The notes under the pieces: generated by a model | The model's input: the letters and a program-made list of their open reading frames with translations, nothing else | What the model was told of the DNA's origin: nothing | The model's database searches: none | Part shown: positions 1-11,527 of the stretch, piece by piece | How positions within the stretch are numbered: position 1 is the stretch's first letter | Layout of the letters: each line of letters starts with the position of its first letter | Assembly: GCA_051294375.1 (NCBI GenBank) | Contig: CM119264.1 | Coordinates: 26,446,008 to 26,510,007, forward strand | Reading direction: 5' to 3' | From: Paraspadella gotoi | Taxonomy: Eukaryota; Animalia; Chaetognatha | DNA: 64,000 nt | Made by a program: the position numbers and the translations under genes

Positions 1-159
1 CTATTTGCCATTGCCTTTCTTTTTTGTCGGCAAATAAATATTTACGCACGAAAAGAGAAATTTGCCCTGCCACATTTTATTTCTTAACATGATAATCTAA
101 TTTCCATTCACTATTAATATAAAACACAATGTTCTTCTTCCTCGTATCTTTTGTTTCAG

Positions 160-269
160 ATAACAAATATCGCGCTGCACAACGGGAGAAAAAACTATCA
201 AAAGTTAAACAAAATGAAAAATTCGAAGCGCGCGAAAAACTTATTTCTTTACATTTCGAAGAGAAATAA
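160..269 (+). CDS. Possible terminal exon of an upstream gene or isoform (NKYRAAQREKKLSKVKQNEKFEAREKLISLHFEEK*)
   Basis: Strong acceptor ttgtttcag ending at 159; phase-1 frame open to TAA 267-269; charged peptide with no recognisable domain. Confidence 0.3.
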
Positions 270-456
270 TACTAATTGTAATTACTACACTCTGTGCAAA
301 ACAACGTCGCCAATATTTAACTGTAGTTGTAATATATTCTTATTACAATCGCATATTAATTATTGTTATTCTGGGCATGTGATGTTATCACAGATTCTAT
401 TTTTCCCATTTGAGATATTTTACATACTTTTTAAATCGGTTTTTTTTTTTCAATAG

Positions 457-1040
457 TAAGCGAAGTTGAGGATGCTTGTAACTACGGACGACTTAATTTC
501 ATTGAGTCCACTCCTCTATCGCCGTGCTGCCCTCTTCTACCGAAAATGAAGGGAGTCAGTCTCGGCCACATCAAAACTTTTCTCGAACGCTGCACTCCAA
601 ATCCAACCGCATGCTCCAACGGTCAAATCTCTTGCCCGATTAAGGAAGGTCAGACCTGCTCAATGCATTGCATAAACGGCTCTCATCTTCACAGGTGATA
701 TGAAAGCGATACTAAAAGTCTATCCTCAATCGCCAATAATACATTTATCAATGAAGTGTTCATTTATTTTTTTCTGAAAAAAATCCATGGCTTTTACCGA
801 AAACACAAATTATCATCCTTCTGTTCGTTTTGTTTTTTCTTCTATAGTTGCGACCAACATTTTGAGAACCGGATTCGGCGGCGCGTTTGTGCCGGAAAGA
901 TGAAAGATAACAGAGAACTAACGAGAACGGGAAACTGTCGAAGGGATGAGGATTGCAACCATGACGAAAAATGCTGCTTTCCGGGAGCTTTGCTGGCCAA
1001 ACAATATACATCTTGCGAAATGTTTTGCGTAAAGCGTTAA
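457..1040 (+). CDS. 3' part of a Cys-rich protein with two WAP/four-disulfide-core-like modules (exons 457-694, 848-1040; 5' end not found)
   Basis: caatag acceptor, cag|gtgat donor at 694/695, tctatag acceptor at 847; joined frame gives ...CCP..C.....C.....SC......CSMHC... and ...C..GNCRRDEDCNHDEKCC.........SCEMFC, matching WAP spacing CxxDxDCxxxxKCC..CxxxC. Confidence 0.75.
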
Positions 1041-1574
1041 CATCGCTAAGAATAAGATTTTTTCGTCTACATTTCAATCTAACCTCATTCCTTTAATAAA
1101 AAAAAATTTCCAGATTTTTTTAAAGTTTCAATTTATTTTATTTTTATAACAAGTTGTTGTCGTTGCCAATGATATATAATGATATATTTTTTAAGTAGCT
1201 ATTATAGAATGAACACTAGTAAATATCTCTGTAAGTTCAGCAAATACATCTATCGGTATAATCTTGACTTTCTTGTACTTCTCACTGGTTTTTCAAGCGA
1301 AGGGGCTTTTATGATCGTCATTCCACAACAAAAAAAACTAAATATCATGGAAAAAGCTAATGTGTATCAATGACAACCGTAACGACTTGCCATAACGGAA
1401 GCTCTTTTAACGCACTTCAATAACTTTTAAGCTACAAATAATATTCATATAATTCCAATAATTTTTTAAGTTCCAAACGGATGTAATAGGTGAAAGTGAA
1501 AGTTTGGAATCAAATTTTAGCAGTTAATATCCTTGAAAACTATTATATTAGTGAATACTCAATCTATAGTTATT

Positions 1575-3332
1575 TTTCTTTTTTTTATAAATATAGTAGC
1601 CCAGTCAGCCTTATTTTGTTATATAGTACTACCCTTATTATAATGTCAAAATTTTAAAAATGTTCTTTTTTTAAATTCTGAGAACAGATTCAGATTCCTT
1701 GTTAAAAAGTTGTTAAAAGAAAAGTATAAATCTTTTTTCAAAAATGATTGTCATTAAGTAGTTAAAATTATAAAAAACTAACATTTTTAAGCTCAAAATT
1801 AAAAATCGGCATCTTAATTATAGTTTTTTAGATTTTTAAACCACAACTTATGAAAGAATTTTTTAAAAAAAGAATTATATTTCAATAATCATTACTTTTT
1901 GCAAGGAATCCAAATCCAATCTTAAAATATTAAAATTTGTATTTTAAATTTTAGCCATTATAATACTTATTACTATATATAAACTCGTAGACTCACTGGT
2001 GCCACTAATCGTCATGAAATCTATAAAATAAATTTACTAAAAGTATTTTCAATGAGTTTTTATTTTCAACGTTTTATTATGCTAAATTTTAATTTTCTAC
2101 AAATTTTATCATTTTCACATCACACTCTAATGTACATGGTGACAATTTTACACAGCGCCGGTAGAAATAACGCTGTCATTTGCAAACCAGTGGTTATTTC
2201 ATTGATTTTAAAATTTAGTTTGATTAGAAAATACTAAAACTATTTATGTGTTAAAATTTATATTGATCAGTTAAGATATGCTTGACAATGAGTGGAGAAA
2301 GTTGGCTTGTAAAAATTCGGGTTTCAATTTTCCAACAAATACTTTTTAGATTCATTTTTTTTCTACTTTCAGTAAGTTCTGAAAAAAATTGTGAAATAAA
2401 AATAATATTAATTTTATTATTTATGAAAGCCCTTTCAAATCTAAAAATGAATGACGTACTTTACCAAATACTCGTTAGTGATGAAAATTTAGACTGGCCC
2501 AGCTTTATTTAATTAGGATCACTCAAACATGAGACAGCTTTTTAAAAATCAAATTCCTGGAGAGTCAATATGATATNNNNNNNNNNNNNNNNNNNNNNNN
2601 NTTTCTTTTTTTTGATAAATATAGTAGCCCAATCAGGCTCGTATTGCTGTATATATAGTTGACGACCGTCTTGACCTTTAGTATAATGTCAGAATTTTAG
2701 CAAAATGGTTCCTTTTTTTTAACGAAAAAAAACTCTTCTCTGATGAAAGAAGCATTCAAAGTCAGATAGGTCCCCTGCCCGGCGCGCCTTGTTTAAAAAG
2801 TCTGTGGTCTAAAGAGAGAAAGCTATATCTGTTTTGTAAATCTTTTTTCAAAAATGATGTCATTAAGTAGCGTTAAAATTATAAAAAACTACATTTTTAA
2901 GCTCAAAATTAAAAATCGGCATCTTAATTATAGTTTTTTAGATTTTTAACCACACTTATGACTAAGAATTTTTAAAAAAAGAATTATCATTTCATATATT
3001 AACTTTTTGCAAGGAATCCAAATCCAATCTTAAAATTAAAAATTTGTATTTTAAAATTTTAGCCATTATATACTTATTACTATATATAAATGTAGCTCAC
3101 TGGTGCCCACTAATGTATGAAATTATAAAATAAATTTACTAAAGTATTTTTAATGGTTTTTATTTTCACGTTTTATATGCTAAATTTTAATTTTCTAAAA
3201 TTTTATCATTTTCACATCACTCTAATGTACATGGTGACAATTTTACAAGCGCCGGTAGAAATACGCTGTCATTTGCAAACCAGTGGTTATTTCATTGATT
3301 TTAAAATTTAGTTGATTAGAAAATACTAAAAC
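1575..3332. repeat. Direct duplication (about 1575-2240 vs 2602-3332) flanking the N gap at 2577-2601; probable assembly redundancy; contains a diverged copy of the AT-rich MITE family
   Basis: The same text occurs on both sides of the gap and differs mainly by single-base indels. Confidence 0.75.
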
Positions 3333-3387
3333 TGACAGCAAATGACAGCATATTTCTACCGGCGCTTGTAAAATTGTCACCATGTAA
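3229..3387. mobile_element. Small MITE with ~45-bp terminal inverted repeats, TA-flanked
   Basis: tacatggtgacaattttacaagcgccggtagaaatacgctgtcatttgc ... gcaaatgacagcatatttctaccggcgcttgtaaaattgtcaccatgta. Confidence 0.7.
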
Positions 3388-3453
3388 TTTCTTTATGAGA
3401 CAGAATAATTGTTGTAAATAAGATAGCAAAAAAGAACGAGTTTAATCAGATAA

Positions 3454-3999
3454 TGGTGGACTAAAATCCACCAACCATTCATCAGGCGCGCCATTGGCGT
3501 GCCCGGAGGACAGAAGTCATTCGCCTCCCAACCTTAAGGTACGGGTTTCTAGCGCCGGTGGTGTCGTCCTAGCATTTAAGAGGGACGGCGCGTTAACCGC
3601 CTGTAACACGGTGTTACGAGCCTGATCCGAAGCTTAGGCGACATGAGCCTCAGACCTGGCGGTTCGCACTTTCCGCCGAACAAACGACATCAGGCGCAAC
3701 ATGCGCTCAACTTGGTGATGGAGACTTTCCACAACCGAACAACAACAATTCAGCGTGAGAGGCACGCAACAGACTGTCGTCCCTAGCGGCGCGGAGGGCG
3801 CGGCAGTGTAATGCGTTGCGACTAAAGAATCCACGCAACCGTACATCAGCGGCCATTGGTGCCGGAGGCAAGTCATTCACCTCCCAGCCCAAAGATCCGG
3901 GGTTCTGTAACACAGTGTTACAACCTGATCCGAAGCTCAGGGACTGCTTATATTGAACGGTTCTGTCACTAACATATAACAATAATTACTGTCTCTTCA
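3454..3999 (+). mobile_element. Two noisy tandem copies of the tRNA-derived SINE-like family 1 (3454-3635, about 3820-3999)
   Basis: Matches the 10786-11015 copy; the GC-rich spacer between copies may be read noise. Confidence 0.7.
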
Positions 4000-4188
4000 A
4001 GAATATATTTTACTACGTCAGCGCATTTCGAATTACGCCTAGAGGTTACAGTTAAGGGGTGAACTGAGGTAATATTTTGCCTGATTAACTGAGCAAAGTG
4101 TTACTGAAATTGCCTGGGTAAAAAAATGATTTTTCTTAATTAAGATAGGCAATTTCTGAATCAAAATATTTTGCTTATATTTTTTTAA

Positions 4189-5258
4189 GGCCAGGGATCA
4201 CTCAACCTAAAATTGTAGAAATCTCAATTTACTGTATCTTATTCATTTTCTTGCATCCTGTAAGAGGTTTTCCATTAAAAAATAATCGAAAACTTTTAAA
4301 AATCTACCTAAAATGTTAATACAAATTTAAGCATTTTTTTTTCTCGGTAAAACTAGATTTTCAAGAGAAAAATATTTTTTAAAGGTAAGCTAAAATTCTA
4401 TGACCAAATTTTTAACTTAAAACTGATTCTTTACAGTAAGCTCAATTTCTACTTCTTATATTTAATTCTTCTTTTGATGCAAGTACGTACTTGGAGTTGT
4501 ATCACTAATAAGTCTAAAATAAACTACTCTATACATTTTCCAGATGGTTTTTATGGTTTTATGAGTTTTATTAGTTAAAAAGCTTTTTACTTTATGTAAA
4601 TGCTTATATCATAAATAGTTTCCCTATTTTCTAGGGAATCACTAAAAAAAAATATCAAATCTGGATTAAAAAAATTAAAAACAGTAAGACGTTTTTTTAA
4701 GACATCGGCGTTGAACAAACTCCAACATCACATCCCGTGTTTGTGTATGTTGTGTTGAATCTTGCAAGAGTAATGAATACGGAATTTAACTTTCTTGACG
4801 AAAAGAAGTTGAAAATGAAGAGCTGCAGCTCAAACCGTTGGACTAATCTTCTAGAAAAAAATATCTAGGGCAAGAAAGGAAAGGTGGGGGAGATTCTATG
4901 AGCGCTTTTTTTGAAAAACGTTTTTTGTTTCAAAGATATAAAGGAATTAATCTCAAAAATTGACTAAAATAATCAAATTTTCTATGAAGGAAGACAAATT
5001 TTGAAAGTATATAGAATTGGAGTCCCTGACCTAAAGGTAATTCATGCCAAATTTCATGAGAAACCGCCTTACCATTTGGGCTGCAACTCTTCAAATAGGT
5101 TTCTTTTATTTTCTATAGTACAAAAAAAATCAAAAAAACGACTACGCCTTTGAAAAAATAGTAAAGTGAATACATTTTCAGAATCGTCAGGAGCTCTTCT
5201 TTCAAAATCCGTGCTCGGGTTTAGCCTAATTATAATTTGAATTGAGTGATCCCGGACC
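4189..5258. mobile_element. Non-autonomous DNA transposon with TTAA target duplication and GG termini (Kolobok-like)
   Basis: TTAA|ggccagggatcactcaa ... ttgagtgatcccggacc|TTAA; related 3' fragment at about 16170-16375. Purine termini plus a TTAA TSD fit Kolobok better than piggyBac (CCY termini). Confidence 0.65.
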
Positions 5259-5424
5259 TTAAGATAAATAAAACAATATATTTTCTTTTATTGTTTTAAT
5301 TTCGTTATCAACTATATTTTCAATTTGTTATTACTATATTTTAAGCCCAAAAATACTTTTCTCAGATAGTATGAAATATGAGTATCAGCATTAAGTATGT
5401 AAACTACTTGGCTACTACTAGACC

Positions 5425-6410
5425 CAGAACCAATAAAATTATTAAAGAAGATTAATTCATTGATAAATTAAAAATGGATTGATGGATTGGAATGACATTT
5501 TGTGTGTGGGTAGGGAAGTGTGTGATTGAGCTGTATATGAAGTTTCGATGGAATCATCTGAGTGGAAATGAGTTTAAATGAAAAAAATAAAAAAATAAAT
5601 TTCACTATTTGAACACCAATTACTCAAGAGTGGATGGGGCGATTGACTTGAAATTTTGTATTTGGGTAGGAAAGTTGTGATTGAGCTGGAAATCAAGTTT
5701 TGATGAAATCGTTTGAGTGGAAATGAGTTTAAATGGAAAAAAACAAAAAACCTGTTTCACTAATTGATTATGCTTCTTTTTCCTTTTATATTAAATGTAA
5801 ATGAAGGATGTATTAATAAATCAAATTATTAATCAGTTAATTAATCAATTAGTCAATTAATTAATTAATAATTAATTAATTAATTAGTCAATCAATCCGT
5901 CCATCCGTCCCATCTTAGCAAAAAGGACAGTGTGAGATGAAGCTGGATATAAAGTTTCGATGGAATCGTGCGAGTGGAAATGAGTTTAAATGGTAAAAAC
6001 ATAAGTTGCATTTACTAAAATATTTTTACTTACTTTAACCAATAAATACTCTATTTAATCATAATTGGATGGATAGATTGAGTTGAAATTTTGTGTGTGG
6101 GTAGGAAAGTGTGTGACGAAGCTTGATACAAAATTTCGGTGGAAACGTTCGAGTGAAAATGAGTTAAAATAAAAAAAATATGAGTCACATTTACTTGAAT
6201 CTTTTTGCTTTCACGATCTTGTTAGTCCTGCAATGTTACTTATTTTAACCCATAATTACTCGAATTAATCATAATGAATTAATAGATTGAAAAGAAGTGT
6301 GTGAAGAAGCTAGATATAAAGTTTTTGACGGAATTGTTGCCAGTGGAAATGAATTTAAATGGAAAAAACATAACTCACATTTACTTGAATCTTTTTATTT
6401 ATGATTACTA
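5425..6410 (+). mobile_element. DINE-1/HINE (Helentron-associated)-like element with internal tandem subrepeats and a (GTCC)n tract
   Basis: Repeated unit tgaaattttgtgtgtgggtaggaaagtgtgtgattgagctg...gagtggaaatgagtttaaatgg; ccgtccatccgtcc at about 5897; same family at 13005-14305 (reverse), 21775-22045 and 35740-35832. Confidence 0.55.
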
Positions 6411-6453
6411 ATAATGTTTTAATTAATAATAATTTGAAAAAATGATACAATTT

Positions 6454-6570
6454 AAAAAATTATGCAAGTTGAAAAATTATACAAGTTGAAAAAAATATGC
6501 AAGTTGAAAAAATTATGCAAGTTGAAAAATTATGCAAGTTGAAAAAATTATGCGAATTGTAAAAATGATG
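6454..6570. repeat. ~20-21-bp tandem repeat (aaaaattatgcaagttga), about 5 units
   Basis: Directly visible. Confidence 0.85.
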
Positions 6571-6910
6571 TAAATTGTTGCCTATCCTATCTATCAAAGG
6601 ATATATTTGAATGCTCTTTCATTAAAAAATATTTGGGCTAAAACTAATTGAATTTCAATTTGAGCAAATTAAAGTTTTAATATTTGATAAAGATTTTGTT
6701 TAAAAAATTAATACCAAAAATATATCCTATTTTGTTATTTTTTAATTTATATGAAAATTTGCAAAATTACATGGTTTCACTATCTTATATTTTGAATTTT
6801 ATGAATGTTTTACTATTTAAACTATATTATTTAATTATATATATATTACTTTTTAAAAAATATTATTTGCTTATTATATCTAATAACTCATTTTGGGAGG
6901 GGGAGGTCAG

Positions 6911-7303
6911 TGTTGGTCTTCTGGAAATAGAGGGAGCATCTATACAACACAAGGTTAGGACTACCATTTAAGTAAACAGACAGGGATTTTCAATATGAAA
7001 CCAAAGTGGGAATTTTATTCTCAGAAAATAGACAAGAGAAGACGTGTCAATTTTCAAAACAGAGTGAATCAAAGCAGAAACAGAGGCTATTTATAATGGG
7101 GGCAAGTAGACGAAGCCAGAAATTCTCTCCGGAATCCTCCTCTTCCTCTTCTGGAACCTTCTTTTCCCTTCGGAAACTATTGTTCCTTTTCTGGATTTGG
7201 CTTCCAAAATCCGTTCGAAATCATTCCAGAATCTTCTTCCTCTTCCGGAATCCTCTTCCTTAATCCTTTCCTCTGTTTCCGGGTTTCATTCATCTGTGAT
7301 GCG
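6911..7303 (-). mobile_element. 3' LTR of the Gypsy element (about 390 bp)
   Basis: On the minus strand it follows a polypurine tract (gagagggggg aa, about 7304-7316), contains TATAAATAG and AATAAA, and ends ...ccaACA at 6911. Fragments of it recur at 11089-11150, 23788-23826 and 30090-30270. Confidence 0.7.
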
Positions 7304-7685
7304 TTCCCCCCCTCTCAGCGACGGCGTACGCGGTCAGTCGGTAGCCGGAGTCCTTGCTTCTGTCTTGACTTTTAAAGGAGGGGAATCTCTTTGTCTCTTT
7401 TATCGTCGCTATTTTTGTATCAGAAACTTTTGAAAGAAAAGCTGTTTCCGTTTGTCATCTTGAAAAAAAATACATTGTCGTTGTTGTTGTTATTTTTTTT
7501 TTTTTTTTTTTTTTATACTGAACTGTTATTCTTATGGTTTGAGTTTTTAGTTTTTGTTTGGATTTTCGAATTTGTTTAAACTATGGCCCAGAATTTAGGT
7601 GAGTTTTATCACACATTTGATTATGCTACATGTTGTATGAGGGCTATGTACAAAATATTTACAGTTTTATTTCTTATGGGTTGGT

Positions 7686-10450
7686 TTACTGAGCCATTTT
7701 TCTTGTGTGCAGCTTTAGCCGGCGTCTGTGATATTTCATGCCTTTTTGCCGGCGATCATGACTGTATAGTGATTTCCATCTTTTTCTATCACTTTATGGG
7801 GCCCAGAATAAATTCGTTTAACCTTGTTTTCAGTTGGCGCGAGCGCCCGTCATTATGCAGGTCGTCGCTTGTGAGTACCAGGTCCCAATTTTGATGTCTT
7901 CTGGCCGCCTGTAGGGATTTCTCCTTGCTGACTGGCGGTAAAGTCTGTTTCTTTGTTCTGCAGTTTGGCTGTGCCTTTTCCTGCTTATCAGCCCTTTGTC
8001 GGATAAAGTCGATGAGATTTCTTTTTGTGTAGTCGTCTGCACTCTCTTACAATTCGTGGTCTGTGCCCAAACTGTATTTCATACGGCGACATATCTGTCT
8101 TCCATCCAACTATGGCGTTGCATTGGGAGAAGCCATTAGGTGCGGAAGCTGCTCTAGCCATTTGTTGGGCTTTTGTCTTCCACAGCTTTGCGCAGGGCTT
8201 GGCGGATCTGCCAATGTCTCTCTCAGCCCTATGCTGTCCTTTTGCCTACTAGTACGCGTCTGCCAACTGTATCAAGTAGATTGAGTATTGATCTCATGGC
8301 GGTTCCATATTAGTTGTGTGGCACCATCAAAGTTTACTTCTAAAATAGGAACCATGTTGCAAAAAGATCTTTCCATCCAGAGCCTTGACATTGTCGCTGC
8401 ATCCGCTCGGCGAGGGGGATGGCCCAGGTGTAGGCAGATGCATTGTCAGATGCAATAAGTGCATAGTGATATCCAGCGGCTGGGGGGAGTGCATCACATC
8501 AATGCTAAGAGATTTCCCAGGGTGCAATAGCCAGGTTAGGTGCTGAGAGTGTCTCATTGTGCCTTTGGGTGTCGTAGCCTTGGCCACAGTTCTCACAGTT
8601 TCTTACACATTTGCTGCGGCTGCTGACAATCCTGGTGCAGAGATGTATTGGGCTGTGATGAAGGCCGTCCGGTCTCGGCCGGGATGTCCAAAATGCTTGT
8701 GAGCTGCTTGGTGATTTCCTCAGCTCTGTTGTTGGTGGAAACGACAAATTTAGTTGTGGGTACATCAGCTTTGTAGCCCCTGATGATGAGGATTCCATTG
8801 CTGTGACATCCAGATCCGTAAGGCAATTGGAAAGATATTTCCTCTGTCACTGGTTTTCCTTTTTGCATTTTTCATCAAGCTTTTTCTTTGCACCTCTCGA
8901 TCGCCTTTGATGAGTGCATTAACTACAAGTTTGAAGGATTCATCTTCTTGTTGCCATGCCTTAACTTCAGTGGCTTTTGGACAAGTTCCTTTCTTTCTTG
9001 GGTTTAGCAACCTCCTCTTCAACCTCAGCTTCTGTGGCATCGATGTCGGCCTCAAGGGTGCTGTCTACCATGACTTCTCTCTCGGCGCCTGGCCATCTTG
9101 TTTCAACCGCCTCCACAGCAAGCTGATCCATTATTGGGTGTTGCCTGAGGTGGGCTGTGTTCCTCATTATCAATCGTTTATGTTTGACGAGGTCATCTGG
9201 GAGGGTGTTGACATGATGGGCATTAACTTGAAGTCTTCTGGGCCTTCCACGGTGTTCAGGCTGCCTAGAGTTGCTACTTCAATCATTTTTGATTGGTCCA
9301 TTGTTGATGGGGCGGAGAGTTGATTGATTGTGCTCATCGCTGACAAGGCTGACTTGGCCGTGATTGTTCTAAAGATTTTGATTTTCTGTTACCTTCTGGG
9401 GGAACGTATATCCTTTCATATTTGCAGCCAGCTTCTCGCACTGAGTCCTCATCCAACATGGTCAATGTGATGCCAGTCATCTCACTTAGCAGTTCCAGCT
9501 CTGGGTGGCCCAAGCTCCAATCTTTTGCTGAGATGGTCCTTATGAAGTGTCGGCGTTTTGGTTTTCGTTTACCATACAACTCTCGATGTTTGACTTCTTT
9601 CCAGCAATCTTTGGCGCACAAATTCAAAGAACTTGACTCTGAGTTTTTCGGTTCTTCCTGTAGAGTTTGTGCCATTAGTGCCAATGTTGGGGCATGTCCC
9701 CGTCACAAGGTCAAAGGTGCTCTGGCGTTCATATTCACTTTATAGGGTTCTCGGCAAAGCCAGGTTCATAACTCGCCATTGACCATCAAAACCCGCTGGA
9801 AAGAAGGGGGTGTCCAGTGGTGTGACTTGACCCGTTCTGTGAAGCGTGTGAGGGAAGTCTGCAAGGATTGTCCTCCACTTTGACAAGAATGACTTCCTTG
9901 GGCTGGCACTTCCTGCGGATCTCTGTGATCCATCTTAAAACGTTTTGTTGGCAGAAGTTGCTGCCTGTCATGCTGAAGGTCATCACTCTCTTAAAATATT
10001 GTGAGTCAGTGACAAGTGTGACTCTCCTTCCACATGTGTAGCCTGTTTGAACTTCCTGACCATCATTGTTGGAAGGCCAGGGTCTCAGAATGTTTATATG
10101 TATTATCCTATATTCTTCTGGAAATGACTTGGAGTGAAAGGATAGAGGATACTCGACACCATCAGCAGTGGCAGTGATCACCCACCATTGCACTTGTGCT
10201 GGCATCGGCGTAGATTCTGTATGTCCATGTTTGATGCGTGAGTCATTGAGGAAGTTAAGCCAGGCGAGGTCTTTGATCTCCTCCACCAGTTGCTGCAGGC
10301 ATTTGCAGGTGCTCACTGGTGAGTTTGAAGTCCTTTTTATCTAGAGTGTCAGTGCCGTGAAGTGGCTGGGATTACGAGAAGCGGTGGGTAAAACATCTGT
10401 AGTAGTTTAGGGAAGCCAGCATTGCCCTTAGTTCTTTTTTGGGTTTTCAG
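7686..10450 (-). mobile_element. pol: Ty3/Gypsy LTR retrotransposon pol, partial and frameshifted: RT thumb, RNase H, OTU-like domain, integrase (HHCC, core, GPY/F)
   Basis: Across frames: KELR.MLASLNYYRCF (RT thumb); IYADAS...YPLSFHSKSF...GRRVTLVTDSQ (RNase H); AWQQEDESFKLVVNAL; AHKHFGHPGRDRT...VRNCENC (HHCC); PWE.LSIDV...ALIASDNASAYTWA...FDG...RAERDI...MSPYEIQFG (core); YSGP.KVIEK (GPY/F). Truncated by the N gap at 10451. Confidence 0.88.
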
Positions 10451-10785
10451 NNNNNNNNNNNNNNNNNNNNNNNNNATACCAATGCCGCCGATGTACCTGA
10501 AAAAAAATTTGTATCAAAGCACAGGAAAAACTTGAATATGAACATGTTTTAGCTATTATTTCTCTCCTCAGCTATTAAGATGATAAATCCTGATAAATAT
10601 CATGATATTCTTTTATTGAAAACAAAATTGTAAATGACCACTTTTTTTCATAAGGCGTTGTCCCGTCATCATTCCTTGTTGTCCTTTAGGTATTTCTATC
10701 TTTTTGTCTTTCTTTATTTCTTTCTTTCTTTCTTTTTTTCTTTCATTCTATTTCTTCCGAAATCTTTCTTTCTTTCTTGATTTTA

Positions 10786-11015
10786 TGGTGGACTAAAATC
10801 CACCAACCGCTCATCAGCGGCCATTGGTGCCGGAGTCAAGTCATTCGCCTCCCAACAAAGGTCCCGGGTTCTTGCCCAGTGATCGCCTAGCAGTTAAGAA
10901 GGACGGGGCGCTTAACCCGCCTGTAACACGGTGTTACAGCCTGATACGAAGCTCAGGGACTGCTTATTTTGAACGGTTCTGTCATTAACACATAACAACC
11001 ATTGCTGTCTCTTCA
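10786..11015 (+). mobile_element. tRNA(Gly)-derived SINE-like element, family 1 (most complete copy)
   Basis: 5' hairpin tggtggactaaaatccacca, then a tRNA-like block at about 10817-10887 (cattggtg...tcgcctccca...ggtcccgggttc, loop CTCCCAA), ending ctcttca. Other copies at 3454, 3820, 21541-21645, 29057-29260 and 57791-58007 (reverse). Confidence 0.7.
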
Positions 11016-11527
11016 CTTTCTTTGTTTTTTTTCTTTCTTTGTTTTTTTCCTTCTTTTTATTGTGGCCTTTGTGGTTTTGTAGTATCATTTCCTCTTCCGG
11101 AATCCTCTTCCTTAATCTTTTCCGCTGTTCGGGTTTAATTCATCTGTGATGGTATTTAAGGTAGTTAAAAATCTTTGTAGTGTTCTGTTCGTTTTGTTGT
11201 TATGGTCATTGTGGTCGTGTGATAGTAATGGTTGTAAGGTTTTTGTTTTTATGGTGGTGATTGTCATAACGGTGTTGTCATAGTTGAGATAATAGTTAAA
11301 AGCGTTGTATTGGTCGAAGGCGTTATAGTGGTTTTGGTAGTAGTACCAGTAATTATTGTTGTTTCTGTGGTTATGGTTATTGTGGTCGTTGTGATAATTA
11401 AAATTAACTAAGTGACCGACAAAGTGATACATCAAAGAGTTTGGAAACTTTTTTCAACAAAAACTATTACCATGGTAAGATCTCCATTGCTTCCTTCATT
11501 CAGAGAAACGTTCTTCTCGCATTTTGG

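Noticed and set aside
3634-3982. ORFs 3634-3876 and 3707-3982
   Set aside because: They overlap noisy SINE-like copies and show no domain or splice support.
8907-9745. Plus-strand ORFs 8907-9323 and 9422-9745
   Set aside because: Antisense shadows of the retrotransposon pol.
7686-10450. Programmed frameshifting in pol
   Set aside because: Frameshifts are too many and scattered; consistent with read errors or decay.
10786-10820. CUGAUGA on the minus strand of the SINE-like element as a hammerhead
   Set aside because: No conserved GAAA, stem III or cleavage triplet follows in any copy.
10817-10887. Functional tRNA-Gly gene (also 29059-29132 and the Met-like block near 34230-34290)
   Set aside because: D and anticodon stems do not pair, and the blocks are embedded in dispersed repeats.
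11112-11435. His/Asn/Thr-rich ORF
   Set aside because: Degenerate trinucleotide low-complexity tract without splice or homology support.
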